From: an uncultured Clostridia bacterium
GTDB taxonomy: Bacteria; Bacillota; Clostridia; Oscillospirales; Acutalibacteraceae
DNA: 64,000 nt
Direction: 5' to 3'
NCBI GenBank assembly: GCA_944376655.1
Contig: CALWDJ010000001.1
Location: 28,767 to 92,766 of the forward strand
The position numbers and the translations under genes are program-made. Positions 1-7,565 of this stretch are shown piece after piece (within the stretch, counting starts at the first letter, position 1; the number at the start of each line of letters is the position of its first letter). Below the pieces are notes generated by a model that saw only the letters and a list, made by a program, of their open reading frames with translations, was not told the origin of the DNA and ran no database searches.

Positions 1-366
1 CTCGCGAAGATGGACGCGCGTCTTATTGTGCAGGTAATAATAAATCTGCTTGATAACGCTTTAAAATACACGCCTGACGGCAGTGAGATAGTTTTAAGCG
101 CGCAAAAAAGCGGGGAGCTTGTGTATATTTCGGTTTCGGATAACGGAAACGGTATTCCGGACAGAATTAAAGCTCAGGTTTTTGAAATGTTTTACTGCGG
201 GGAAAACAAGGTTTCCGACAGCCGCAGGAGTTTGGGTTTAGGTCTTGCCCTGTGCAAGGCGATAGTTAATCTGCACGGCGGTGAAATAACCGTAGAGGAT
301 AATGTTCCGAGAGGTGCGGTGTTTAAGTTCAGTCTTCCGGCAGGTGAGGTGAAAATCAGTGAATAA
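1..366 (+). CDS. kdpD: Sensor histidine kinase, C-terminal HATPase_c fragment (KdpD-like); the 5' end lies outside the window
   Basis: The frame is open from base 1. It carries the N-box NLLDNALKY, G1 box DNGNGIP and G2 box GLGLALCKAIVNLHGG. The stop overlaps the GTG start of a KdpE-like regulator. Confidence 0.7.
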   Translation, partial: LAKMDARLIVQVIINLLDNALKYTPDGSEIVLSAQKSGELVYISVSDNGNGIPDRIKAQVFEMFYCGENKVSDSRRSLGLGLALCKAIVNLHGGEITVEDNVPRGAVFKFSLPAGEVKISE

Positions 367-1063
367 GGCACTTATTCTTGTTGTTGAGGACGACCCGTCG
401 GTCAGAAATCTTATGACAACTACACTTAAAACACACGATTACAGGTATATCACCGCTTCAACCGGAGAGGGCGCGGTTATGGAGGCGTGTACCCATAATC
501 CCGATATTGTTATGCTTGACCTCGGGCTTCCGGATACGGACGGCGTCGAGGTAATAAAACGCATCAGAAGCTGGTCGGATATGCCGATAATCGTCATAAG
601 CGCACGAACAGAGGACTCCGATAAAATCTCTGCGCTTGATTCTGGCGCCGATGATTACCTTACAAAACCTTTTTCCGTTGAGGAGCTTCTCGCTCGGCTT
701 AGGGTGATAAACAGAAGGCTCAACGCGGCAAAGGACGGGACGGTTTCCTCGCTGTTTATCAACGGCGAGCTGAAAATAGATTTTGCCGCCGGATGCGCGT
801 ATATGTCGGACAAGGAGGTTCATCTTACACCGATAGAATATAAACTGCTTTGTCTAATGGCCAAAAACGTCGGAAAGGTACTTACGCATACTTATATTAT
901 GCAGAACGTATGGGGAGCGAACTGGGACAATGATGTGGCGTCGCTCCGTGTCTTTATGGCTACTCTCAGAAAGAAACTGGAAAAAAGCAGCTCCGGCTCC
1001 TTATCCTATATACAGACTCATGTGGGAATAGGATACCGAATGATTAAGGCTGACAACAACTGA
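359..1063 (+). CDS. kdpE: OmpR-family response regulator, KdpE-like
   Basis: Receiver motifs are present (VEDD, MLDLGLPDTDG, ISAR, KPF), followed by a winged-helix C-terminus (LTPIEYKLL...GIGYRM). It resembles E. coli KdpE along its length, as recalled from memory. Confidence 0.8.
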   Translation: MNKALILVVEDDPSVRNLMTTTLKTHDYRYITASTGEGAVMEACTHNPDIVMLDLGLPDTDGVEVIKRIRSWSDMPIIVISARTEDSDKISALDSGADDYLTKPFSVEELLARLRVINRRLNAAKDGTVSSLFINGELKIDFAAGCAYMSDKEVHLTPIEYKLLCLMAKNVGKVLTHTYIMQNVWGANWDNDVASLRVFMATLRKKLEKSSSGSLSYIQTHVGIGYRMIKADNN

Positions 1064-1076
1064 AAGAACAGAAAAA

Positions 1077-1105
1077 CCCCGTAAAGCCGGCAAGACTTTA
1101 CGGGG
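1077..1105. terminator. Hairpin terminator between convergent kdpE and the DHHW gene
   Basis: CCCCGTAAAG / CTTTACGGGG forms a 10-bp perfect stem with a 9-nt loop. It has an A-run before it and is AT-rich after it. Confidence 0.6.
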
Positions 1106-1113
1106 CTAAATTA

Positions 1114-2247
1114 TTATCCGGTATATAATACTTTTGAAAGGCTGCTGTCCTCACAGAAATTTTTAATATTGTATAAAAAAAGAAATTCGTTAATACCGTT
1201 TTCGGAAATGTATTCGTCTATTTTACGGTTAAAATATCTCGGGTCGATAATATGTATTTCCTCATAATCGCTTAAAAGAAACGGTATAAAAGAATTGGCG
1301 TATGAATCCTTGAAAACAAGCAGCTTACGGTTGTTTTTTAAAGATGTCCTTATTGTTATTTCCGGGTGATTTCCGTCAAGAAAAACAAGATATTTGTCTT
1401 TTTCCGAAAGATGAATATCCGCATAAATGCTGTCGGTTTCGGTTCTGCCGTAATCGTAAGAGACGGTATATGTGTTATTGTTGCGCTCATTATACAAGAA
1501 AATTTCATCGTTTTTGCATTTCAAACCGGGCACTTTTGAATAAAGAGAGCCGAGGAAGCTGTTTGTCGCGCAGGTAATATCGTACTCTTTTACAGTAACG
1601 TCTTCTGATTTTCCGGTCCAGCCGCAATATGTCAGAAACGCGCCGTAGGACGTCCAGTGATGGTCGGTTCTGTAATAAATATATTCATTATTATGCTTTA
1701 TCAAAATATCTTCGGGATTATAAAAAATTTCGGAATCAATATTTTCTTCAATAATTTCAAAAGCGTCGCTCTGATCAAAAAAGGGCGCTCCGTAAGGCAG
1801 CTTTTCCGATAGTATTTCTAAGGCGGTAGGTACTATTATTACGGAAGATTTTTCCGATTTATGAGAAGCGAGGAATAAATTTACGGCGGCTGTATTTTCT
1901 TTAAGCTGCTTTGAGTTAAAGTCAGAATCAAGCCATTTTTCAATCAGATAGCCGTCTTCGCACAGATATACTCCGTTTATGTCACGGCACCCGACAGCCT
2001 TCAGTATATTTACCTTTGCCGATGTCCATAAATCGCGCAGCGGGAACTGGTCGTCTATGTATTTTTCGGCTTCTTTTGTAAATTCACCGTCGGTAAGACC
2101 GGAAAACGAAAAATCCGGTTTTGCGGCAAGGTAACGGTTTTCGTTTTCGGAAAACTCTTTATCCTTTATGAAAGGGAACGAAACCGGCACGGCACACAGC
2201 GCGGCTAAAAAAAGAACAATATATGCCGTTTTCAGAATGTTTTTCAT
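1114..2247 (-). CDS. DHHW-motif protein (AlgX/AlgJ-like SGNH-fold O-acyltransferase partner), N-terminal signal/anchor
   Basis: The literal motif YYRTDHHWTSYGAF is present, along with an N-terminal hydrophobic segment. The gene lies 10 nt downstream of an MBOAT gene. Confidence 0.8.
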   Translation of the reverse strand: MKNILKTAYIVLFLAALCAVPVSFPFIKDKEFSENENRYLAAKPDFSFSGLTDGEFTKEAEKYIDDQFPLRDLWTSAKVNILKAVGCRDINGVYLCEDGYLIEKWLDSDFNSKQLKENTAAVNLFLASHKSEKSSVIIVPTALEILSEKLPYGAPFFDQSDAFEIIEENIDSEIFYNPEDILIKHNNEYIYYRTDHHWTSYGAFLTYCGWTGKSEDVTVKEYDITCATNSFLGSLYSKVPGLKCKNDEIFLYNERNNNTYTVSYDYGRTETDSIYADIHLSEKDKYLVFLDGNHPEITIRTSLKNNRKLLVFKDSYANSFIPFLLSDYEEIHIIDPRYFNRKIDEYISENGINEFLFLYNIKNFCEDSSLSKVLYTG

Positions 2248-2257
2248 AAATCTTCAC

Positions 2258-3646
2258 CTAAAATCTGAAATAAAGGAACGGGTTATATGAATCGCCCACA
2301 AGGAAGCATACGCTTACAATGAAAAGGGCGCATAATGCGGCGGGCTTCATATAACAAAATATTTTCCGGTTTGATGTAAAACGCGCAAGTCCTTTTCCCC
2401 CGAAAATAACGCAGAGAAGAATCAGCAAAGCGTTTGATGAAAGTAAAAAGAAAAAATCACCGGTAAAAATCCTTCCTGACGCTCCGAACATACTGCCGAG
2501 ATAGGCGATACCGTCGGATAAATTATCAAAGGCAAAAATAACCCAGCTGACGGTTACTGTAAAAAGGCAGTAAAACCTTGAGAAAAACGCGGGTAATTTT
2601 TTAAGATATTTAAGCAAAATGAATTTTTCGACTAAAAGAATTATACCGAAATACGCGCCCCAGACAGCAAAATTCCAGCTTGCTCCGTGCCACAGTCCGG
2701 TAAGAAACCATACTGTCAGTATGTTGAAAATCTGGCGGGCTTTTCCGCGCCTGTTGCCGCCCAGCGGAATATAAACGTATTCCCTGAACCATGAACCGAG
2801 CGAGATATGCCATCTGCGCCAGAATTCGGTTATGCTTTTTGAAGCGTATGGACGGTCAAAGTTCTCGCGGAACGTAAAACCGAACATTTCACCGAGACCT
2901 ATTGCCATATCTGAATATCCGGAAAAATCAAAATAGATCTGGAACGCGAACGCCGCCGCCCCGAGCCATGCTGTCGCCAAACCGATTTTATGTGAAGCGG
3001 ATATCTGTTCCCACAGAATGCCGATATTATTTGCAAGGAGCACTTTTTTTGACAGGCCCTGTATGAATCTCGCTATACCGTATAAAAAACGTTCTTTTGA
3101 AAAAGAACATTTTTTAAGCTGCTGCTCTATGTCTTTATACTGAACAATGGGACCGGCGACAAGCTGCGGAAACATGGTGACAAAAGCGCCGAAATCAACT
3201 ATGTTTTTTTGCGCGTTCGCCTGCTTCCTGTAAACATCAATTGTGTAGGACATGGTCTGAAATGTGTAAAAGGAAATTCCTACCGGAAGGGAAACTGACG
3301 GGACCGCGAGCGACAAACCCGAGAGATTGTTGATATTATCAACCAAAAAAGAACTGTATTTAAAAAAGCAGAGAACAGAAAGATTCCCGATTACCGACAG
3401 GCACAGCACGGCTTTGGCAAAATTGTTGCGGTTGGCGGTTTGGAATTTTTGTATTAAAAGTCCGTTTGCGTAGTCAAAAACCGTAGAAAAAAGCATTATG
3501 AGGATATAGACCGGTTCGCCCCATGAATAAAATACGAGACTGAAAATCAGCAGTACAGCATTTTTGAATTTAGAGGGAACGGCATAGTAACATAAAATCG
3601 CGGCAGGCAGGAAGAAAAATATAAAAATGTTGCTGCTGAAAACCAA
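2258..3646 (-). CDS. MBOAT-family membrane O-acyltransferase (AlgI/PatA/DltB-like)
   Basis: This is a 462-aa polytopic protein. It has WRRWHISLGSWFREYVYIPLGGNR and the conserved His region LTGLWHGASW typical of MBOAT. Confidence 0.88.
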   Translation of the reverse strand: MVFSSNIFIFFFLPAAILCYYAVPSKFKNAVLLIFSLVFYSWGEPVYILIMLFSTVFDYANGLLIQKFQTANRNNFAKAVLCLSVIGNLSVLCFFKYSSFLVDNINNLSGLSLAVPSVSLPVGISFYTFQTMSYTIDVYRKQANAQKNIVDFGAFVTMFPQLVAGPIVQYKDIEQQLKKCSFSKERFLYGIARFIQGLSKKVLLANNIGILWEQISASHKIGLATAWLGAAAFAFQIYFDFSGYSDMAIGLGEMFGFTFRENFDRPYASKSITEFWRRWHISLGSWFREYVYIPLGGNRRGKARQIFNILTVWFLTGLWHGASWNFAVWGAYFGIILLVEKFILLKYLKKLPAFFSRFYCLFTVTVSWVIFAFDNLSDGIAYLGSMFGASGRIFTGDFFFLLSSNALLILLCVIFGGKGLARFTSNRKIFCYMKPAALCALFIVSVCFLVGDSYNPFLYFRF

Positions 3647-3664
3647 CGCCGAACCCTCCAGTGT

Positions 3665-4531
3665 TTAGCTTTCTATAACAAACTCAAGCACACCGGCGGC
3701 GCCGCAGGCAATTTCATACTTGTCAAAAACAACAACTATTTTGCCTTCCTCATTGATATAGAAACTTCTGTTTTCGTTTATAAGATCGTAGATTGAAATA
3801 TCATCGAAGAAAATATATTTTTCGTCTTCGTCCCACTCGGCAATACTTTTCTCAACGCTTTGCGTAACCTTTTCACGGTAATCACTGCCCAAATAATCTT
3901 TAAGTGTTATTACCGCGCCGTTTTCAAGGTCAATATTGTAATAAAAATACTGTGTGTAAGCACTGAAAGACGATTCGCACTCCCAGACAACAAATGAAAC
4001 ATAATCCTCGTTTACAGATTTAACCTCGTAGTCAACAAGTATTCCGACAGGGTGAAAATCTTCGGGATCTCCGCCTGTGGCAACAAATGCGTCATAGTAT
4101 TCTTTTGCGCGTGCTTTGGTTTCTTCAATGCAATCGTTTATTATTTTTTGTATTTCAAGATTTACACGCTTTTCAAGCTCGGATTTTCCCGTATTGCTTA
4201 TCTGCGGAATTTTAACGTCTATGTATTTTATGTCGTCCTCGAAATGATACTCGCGGAAAGTGAAGACACGGCATAAATCGCTTATTACGGGTATAGAGTT
4301 CACAGCCTGAGCAAATGACGGGGAAAGATTAAGCATTGAAACGGCGGCGACAAAAAGCGCGGCGGCCGTACACAAAACTTTTTTAAGAACGGTAAATCTT
4401 TTCTTTGACGATAAGGCTTCGTCTATCGCACTTTGCACAACCGAATCGAGTTTGTCCGGAATCTTAATGTTATTATAGCCTGATTTATCTATCACAGTCA
4501 GCTTCCTCCATTCCGATTTTAAGAATTTCAA
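3665..4531 (-). CDS. Membrane anti-sigma factor with RsiV-type (DUF4163/DUF3298-like) ectodomain
   Basis: The architecture is a short cytoplasmic N-terminus, one TM (LCTAAALFVAAVSMLNL) and an ectodomain ending in FDKYEIACGAAGVLEF, like the RsiV C-terminus. It overlaps the ECF sigma gene by 47 nt, so the exact start is uncertain. Confidence 0.7.
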   Translation of the reverse strand: MKFLKSEWRKLTVIDKSGYNNIKIPDKLDSVVQSAIDEALSSKKRFTVLKKVLCTAAALFVAAVSMLNLSPSFAQAVNSIPVISDLCRVFTFREYHFEDDIKYIDVKIPQISNTGKSELEKRVNLEIQKIINDCIEETKARAKEYYDAFVATGGDPEDFHPVGILVDYEVKSVNEDYVSFVVWECESSFSAYTQYFYYNIDLENGAVITLKDYLGSDYREKVTQSVEKSIAEWDEDEKYIFFDDISIYDLINENRSFYINEEGKIVVVFDKYEIACGAAGVLEFVIES

Positions 4532-4979
4532 GCGCCTTATAAAGTCTTGATTTTGTCGTGCTTAAATTTGAAGAGGTCACAGCGGATATTTCCGAGAGCT
4601 TCATATCCTCGAAAAACCTCAGCAATATGACGGTTTTAAGCTCAGAAGGCAGCTTGTCAAGCGCGGAATACAAGTCAATATACCGGTCGCTCTTTTCGCT
4701 TTCGTTTTCGGTAACATAATTGCTTTCCACAGTTTCAAAAAAAACGGTTCTGTTCCTTTTTTTAATGAAATTTATGCTTTCATTGATGAGTATCCGGTAA
4801 AACCAAGTTTTAAGATACTCACGGTTTTTAAGTGTTCGGTACTGTTGAAGCGCTTTAACAATCGTGTTATGAACAATATCAAGAGCGTCGTTTTCATCTT
4901 TGGCATATGTAAAGGCAACTCTATAAAAACGTTCTCTGTTTTCTTCGATAAAGGCAATGATGCCGTCTGACGGTTTCAA
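4485..4979 (-). CDS. ECF-type RNA polymerase sigma factor (sigma-70 regions 2 and 4)
   Basis: Region 2 reads DALDIVHNTIVKA...WFYRILINESINFIKK. Region 4 reads LPSELKTVILLRFFEDMKLSEISAVTSSNLSTTKSRLYKA. Confidence 0.88.
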   Translation of the reverse strand: MKPSDGIIAFIEENRERFYRVAFTYAKDENDALDIVHNTIVKALQQYRTLKNREYLKTWFYRILINESINFIKKRNRTVFFETVESNYVTENESEKSDRYIDLYSALDKLPSELKTVILLRFFEDMKLSEISAVTSSNLSTTKSRLYKALEILKIGMEEADCDR

Positions 4980-4999
4980 TTTTCCAACCCTTTCGGTTT

Positions 5000-5455
5000 T
5001 CAGTTCAAATATTCTGAAATTATTTTTTCCGCTGCCTTATCGTTTGTTACGCAGACCGCCACATATTTTCCGGCACATTTTACAACCGAGTTGTCAAGCC
5101 TTTTTATTTCGTCCGGAGCATAGCTCTCATAGCTTTTTTTCTGCTCGGATATTCTGGCTTCTGCTGCCTTCAGGCCTTCTTCAGCGTCTGATACGCTGCC
5201 GAATTCAAATACAGCTATTTCTTCAGCGGTAGCTCCGCTGCCTATGTACAGACGGCAATCAACAGCGTTTTTGGTGCCGTAAAGTCTCGCCGCGGTCTCG
5301 GAATCAGATAAAACAAGCTCGTCGTCGAATTTTACTTTTTCCATAAGCTCTTTTGAAAGAGCGTCGATATCTATTGATATTGTATCATTTTTTCCGCAGC
5401 CTGCAATGCCTGCTGCGAATAAAAAAGTAAATATCAGTGTAAAAAATTTTTTCAT
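5000..5455 (-). CDS. DUF4358-like lipoprotein
   Basis: The lipobox LFAAGIAGC follows MKKFF, and a GAGGAA RBS precedes the internal ATG at 5455. The ATAEEIAVFEF core is typical of DUF4358, from memory. Confidence 0.65.
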   Translation of the reverse strand: MKKFFTLIFTFLFAAGIAGCGKNDTISIDIDALSKELMEKVKFDDELVLSDSETAARLYGTKNAVDCRLYIGSGATAEEIAVFEFGSVSDAEEGLKAAEARISEQKKSYESYAPDEIKRLDNSVVKCAGKYVAVCVTNDKAAEKIISEYLN

Positions 5456-5477
5456 TTTATTTCCTCTGTGACTGATT

Positions 5478-6395
5478 TCATACATGATGTGTTTTCAGAT
5501 ATTCAAACCATTTGACGCAATAAGCCTTTTTTAAATGTATTCCGTCAAACGCCGCGTCTTCCGGCAGCGGATCGCCGTTGCTCGTTACCGCGTTCGCAGT
5601 ATCTATATAATATACATGCTTTTTCTCGGCGCTTTTCTGAAGAAGCGAGTTGTATTCGTTTATCTTCTTATTGGTAATATATTTATGCGTTGAGGAAACC
5701 GACTGCGAGACCGGAAGTATCTGCTGAATGTAAATCGTTGCGGCAGGATTTATTTCCCGTATTCTGTCGATTATTTTCTCGTATTTCTCTATGAAAATAT
5801 TGCTGTAAGCCCAGCCGGTTTCGTTGATGCCGAGCATTATATATACTTTTGAAAACTTGGTTTCCGCAAGAGCGTCCACAACAGAGCACAGCTTTCCGTT
5901 AACGTTTATTACCGGCTTTGTAAAAGCAGTGTCAACCATAAGTCCTTTGTAAGTAAGCGAGGTGGCGTTATTGAGAGAATTGTAGGTTATAAAGCCTTCG
6001 GTGCGTGAGTCGCCTATAAATACCGCGTCGTCAAAATAACTCTTATCAACGGCAGCCGAGCGGGGAACAGGCTTTGAGAAATCGTATCCGGATGTAATTT
6101 CCGAGGAAACTGAATGACCGGGTTCTCCCGATGATCCTTCAGGTGACGCCGTTTCATTTTCAGAACCGGAATTTGTTATACCGGAATCAGATGACGATAT
6201 TTGCGCTTCTGACGATACCTGCGGTTCCGAAGACGATGAGCGTGTTTCATTTGAGGCGGCGGTTCCCGAATAATATGCCGCGCATGCACCGAAAATCAGC
6301 ATAAAAGGAAGAATAAAATAAACAGCTTTTGTGCGTCTGTGTTTTTTTGCTGTCGCCTTTTTGATGTTTTTGTTTGTATTATTGCTGTACGGCAT
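5478..6395 (-). CDS. Membrane-anchored SGNH/GDSL-family hydrolase with a Ser-rich linker
   Basis: Block I is FIGDSRTEG, block III is LGINE and block V is DGIHL. There is an N-terminal TM, then a Ser/Glu-rich spacer. I prefer the ATG at 6395, which has an AGGAGG RBS, over the track's TTG at 6434. Confidence 0.78.
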   Translation of the reverse strand: MPYSNNTNKNIKKATAKKHRRTKAVYFILPFMLIFGACAAYYSGTAASNETRSSSSEPQVSSEAQISSSDSGITNSGSENETASPEGSSGEPGHSVSSEITSGYDFSKPVPRSAAVDKSYFDDAVFIGDSRTEGFITYNSLNNATSLTYKGLMVDTAFTKPVINVNGKLCSVVDALAETKFSKVYIMLGINETGWAYSNIFIEKYEKIIDRIREINPAATIYIQQILPVSQSVSSTHKYITNKKINEYNSLLQKSAEKKHVYYIDTANAVTSNGDPLPEDAAFDGIHLKKAYCVKWFEYLKTHHV

Positions 6396-6429
6396 AAAAA
6401 TTCCTCCTGTTTTTGTTCTCTGTATATTA

Positions 6430-6457
6430 GACAAACAGGAGGCGGAAAAAGTTTACA
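6430..6457 (-). promoter_or_regulatory. Candidate ECF-type promoter of the six-gene operon
   Basis: The minus strand reads TGTAAAC-N17-TGTC about 35 nt upstream of the SGNH ATG. This resembles the AAC-N16/17-CGTx ECF pattern, but the -10 is imperfect. Confidence 0.25.
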
Positions 6458-6518
6458 GGAAATAAAAAATTTTTTAAAAACCGTTCCGACGTATCGGATA
6501 CGAACGTATTGGTATGTT

Positions 6519-7022
6519 TTATAAATTGTTCAGAAAAGGAAGAACGGCTTTTTCAAGTCTTTCGATATCGTTTTTGTCAGGGTGAGAAAGGGCTTTGTCA
6601 AAATTTTCAAGCATGGGTTTGGCTTTCAAAGGGTCGGTTTTTTCTATTGCCTCATACCTTGTCCGTACTGACTGCGGCATTTTTCCCTGACAAAAATAAC
6701 TGCCTTTTATAATATTCCCCGACGGAATGTTTTTGACGATTCTTGAGGTAATCACGTTGAAATATTCGGGCAAGCCTCCGAAACCGGCTGTTCCGAAAAT
6801 AAATATCTGCTTTCCGGAAAGACCTTTTAAAAAACCGGCAATTTCATCGCAGCACGTTCCTTTATCCGTCCATGTTCCGACAAAAATCAAATCAGCCTGC
6901 GCCGCGTCAGGTGAAGACTTTCCGAAAAAAACAAGATTTTCCGGAGAAATAAGGCTTTTGATATGTTCTGCCAGTTTAGCGGTATTTCCTGTTCTGCTTT
7001 CGAAAACAACAGCGTATTTCAT
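6519..7022 (-). CDS. Flavodoxin-family protein
   Basis: The N-terminal FMN phosphate loop is VVFESRTGNTAKLAE. The protein is 167 aa, and an AAAGGTGG RBS lies upstream. Confidence 0.8.
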   Translation of the reverse strand: MKYAVVFESRTGNTAKLAEHIKSLISPENLVFFGKSSPDAAQADLIFVGTWTDKGTCCDEIAGFLKGLSGKQIFIFGTAGFGGLPEYFNVITSRIVKNIPSGNIIKGSYFCQGKMPQSVRTRYEAIEKTDPLKAKPMLENFDKALSHPDKNDIERLEKAVLPFLNNL

Positions 7023-7140
7023 ATGTCAGCCACCTTTAAATAGAGTTTTCAAACAATAAGATTATTTGCGGTAATCACCGTGTATAAATCTGTTTTTATT
7101 ATAATATTTTTCAGAGGCGATATGTTAAACAGTTTTTTAA

Positions 7141-7170
7141 TTATTATCAATTATTATCAATTATTATCAA
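7141..7170. promoter_or_regulatory. Perfect 3 x 10-bp tandem repeat (TTATTATCAA; minus strand TTGATAATAA), candidate metalloregulator (Fur-like) operator upstream of the flavodoxin gene
   Basis: There are three exact copies, each containing the Fur hexamer GATAAT on the flavodoxin coding strand. The array lies 120-150 nt upstream of the flavodoxin ATG. Confidence 0.4.
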
Positions 7171-7185
7171 AAACAATAATCTTGT

Positions 7186-7247
7186 AAGAAAAAATAAAAA
7201 CACCGTTGATTTCGAGCCCTTAACGGTTCAGATTTCAACGGTGTTTT
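7186..7247 (-). terminator. Rho-independent terminator-like hairpin (minus strand), no adjacent gene
   Basis: AAAACACCGTTGA / TCAACGGTGTTTT forms a 13-bp stem with a 25-nt loop. On the minus strand it is followed by TATTTTTTC. Confidence 0.45.
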
Positions 7248-7293
7248 CATATGTAAAGAGGGACCGAAAAAATACCAAGCTAATCGGTCGGGC

Positions 7294-7341
7294 GATAAAA
7301 TAAAAATAACGCTGAACCCAAAACAAATCAGATTCAGCGTT
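7294..7341 (-). terminator. Rho-independent terminator-like hairpin (minus strand), no adjacent gene
   Basis: AACGCTGAA / TTCAGCGTT forms a 9-bp stem. On the minus strand it is followed by ATTTTTATTTTATC. Confidence 0.45.
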
Positions 7342-7397
7342 ACGCTGTCTTCAAGGACTAAAAAAGATGCCGGCTATGGACGTGCGCAAGTGATTTC

Positions 7398-7437
7398 AAA
7401 ATAAAAAAGGACCCGGAGCGCGTTTGGCTCCAAGCCC
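7398..7437 (-). terminator. Rho-independent terminator (minus strand) downstream of ORF 7566-8081 and the repeat array
   Basis: The minus-strand RNA GGGCUUGGAGC-CAAACGC-GCUCCGGGUCC gives 11 bp including 3 G-U pairs. It is followed by UUUUUUAUUUU. Confidence 0.55.
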
Positions 7438-7468
7438 TGCCTGAAGACTAACCCTAATTTTGATACAA

Positions 7469-7562
7469 ATGCCCCCCTTTAAGGTTAGGGGGTGCAAAGT
7501 CACTTTAGGGGGTGCATTTTACACCAGTGGGAGTGCAAATCAGGTTTAGGAGGGTGCAAAAT
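7469..7562. repeat. Array of four direct ~20-bp-phased repeats (core TTAGGGGGTGCAAA) plus one abutting inverted copy
   Basis: The core motif (GGTGCA in copies 1, 2 and 4; degenerate AGTGCA in copy 3) starts at 7491, 7511, 7532 and 7553. An inverted TGCCCCCCTTTAA lies at 7470-7482. The array sits between the stop of ORF 7566-8081 and its terminator. Confidence 0.7.
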
Positions 7563-7565
7563 TTA

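Noticed and set aside
6486-6506. A terminator for the flavodoxin gene (palindrome CGTATC-G-GATACG).
   Set aside because: The 1-nt loop makes the hairpin sterically implausible, and there is no T-run. It is not supportable as a terminator.
7449-7490. Telomere-like CCCTAA / TTAGGG strings.
   Set aside because: There are only single units and they form part of the larger G5/TGCA repeat. No tandem hexamer array exists, so I treat this as coincidence.
7469-7562. A possible mini-CRISPR array.
   Set aside because: The repeat core is only ~14 nt with ~6-nt gaps, there are no cas genes, and the copies are degenerate. The geometry fits protein-binding iterons, not CRISPR.
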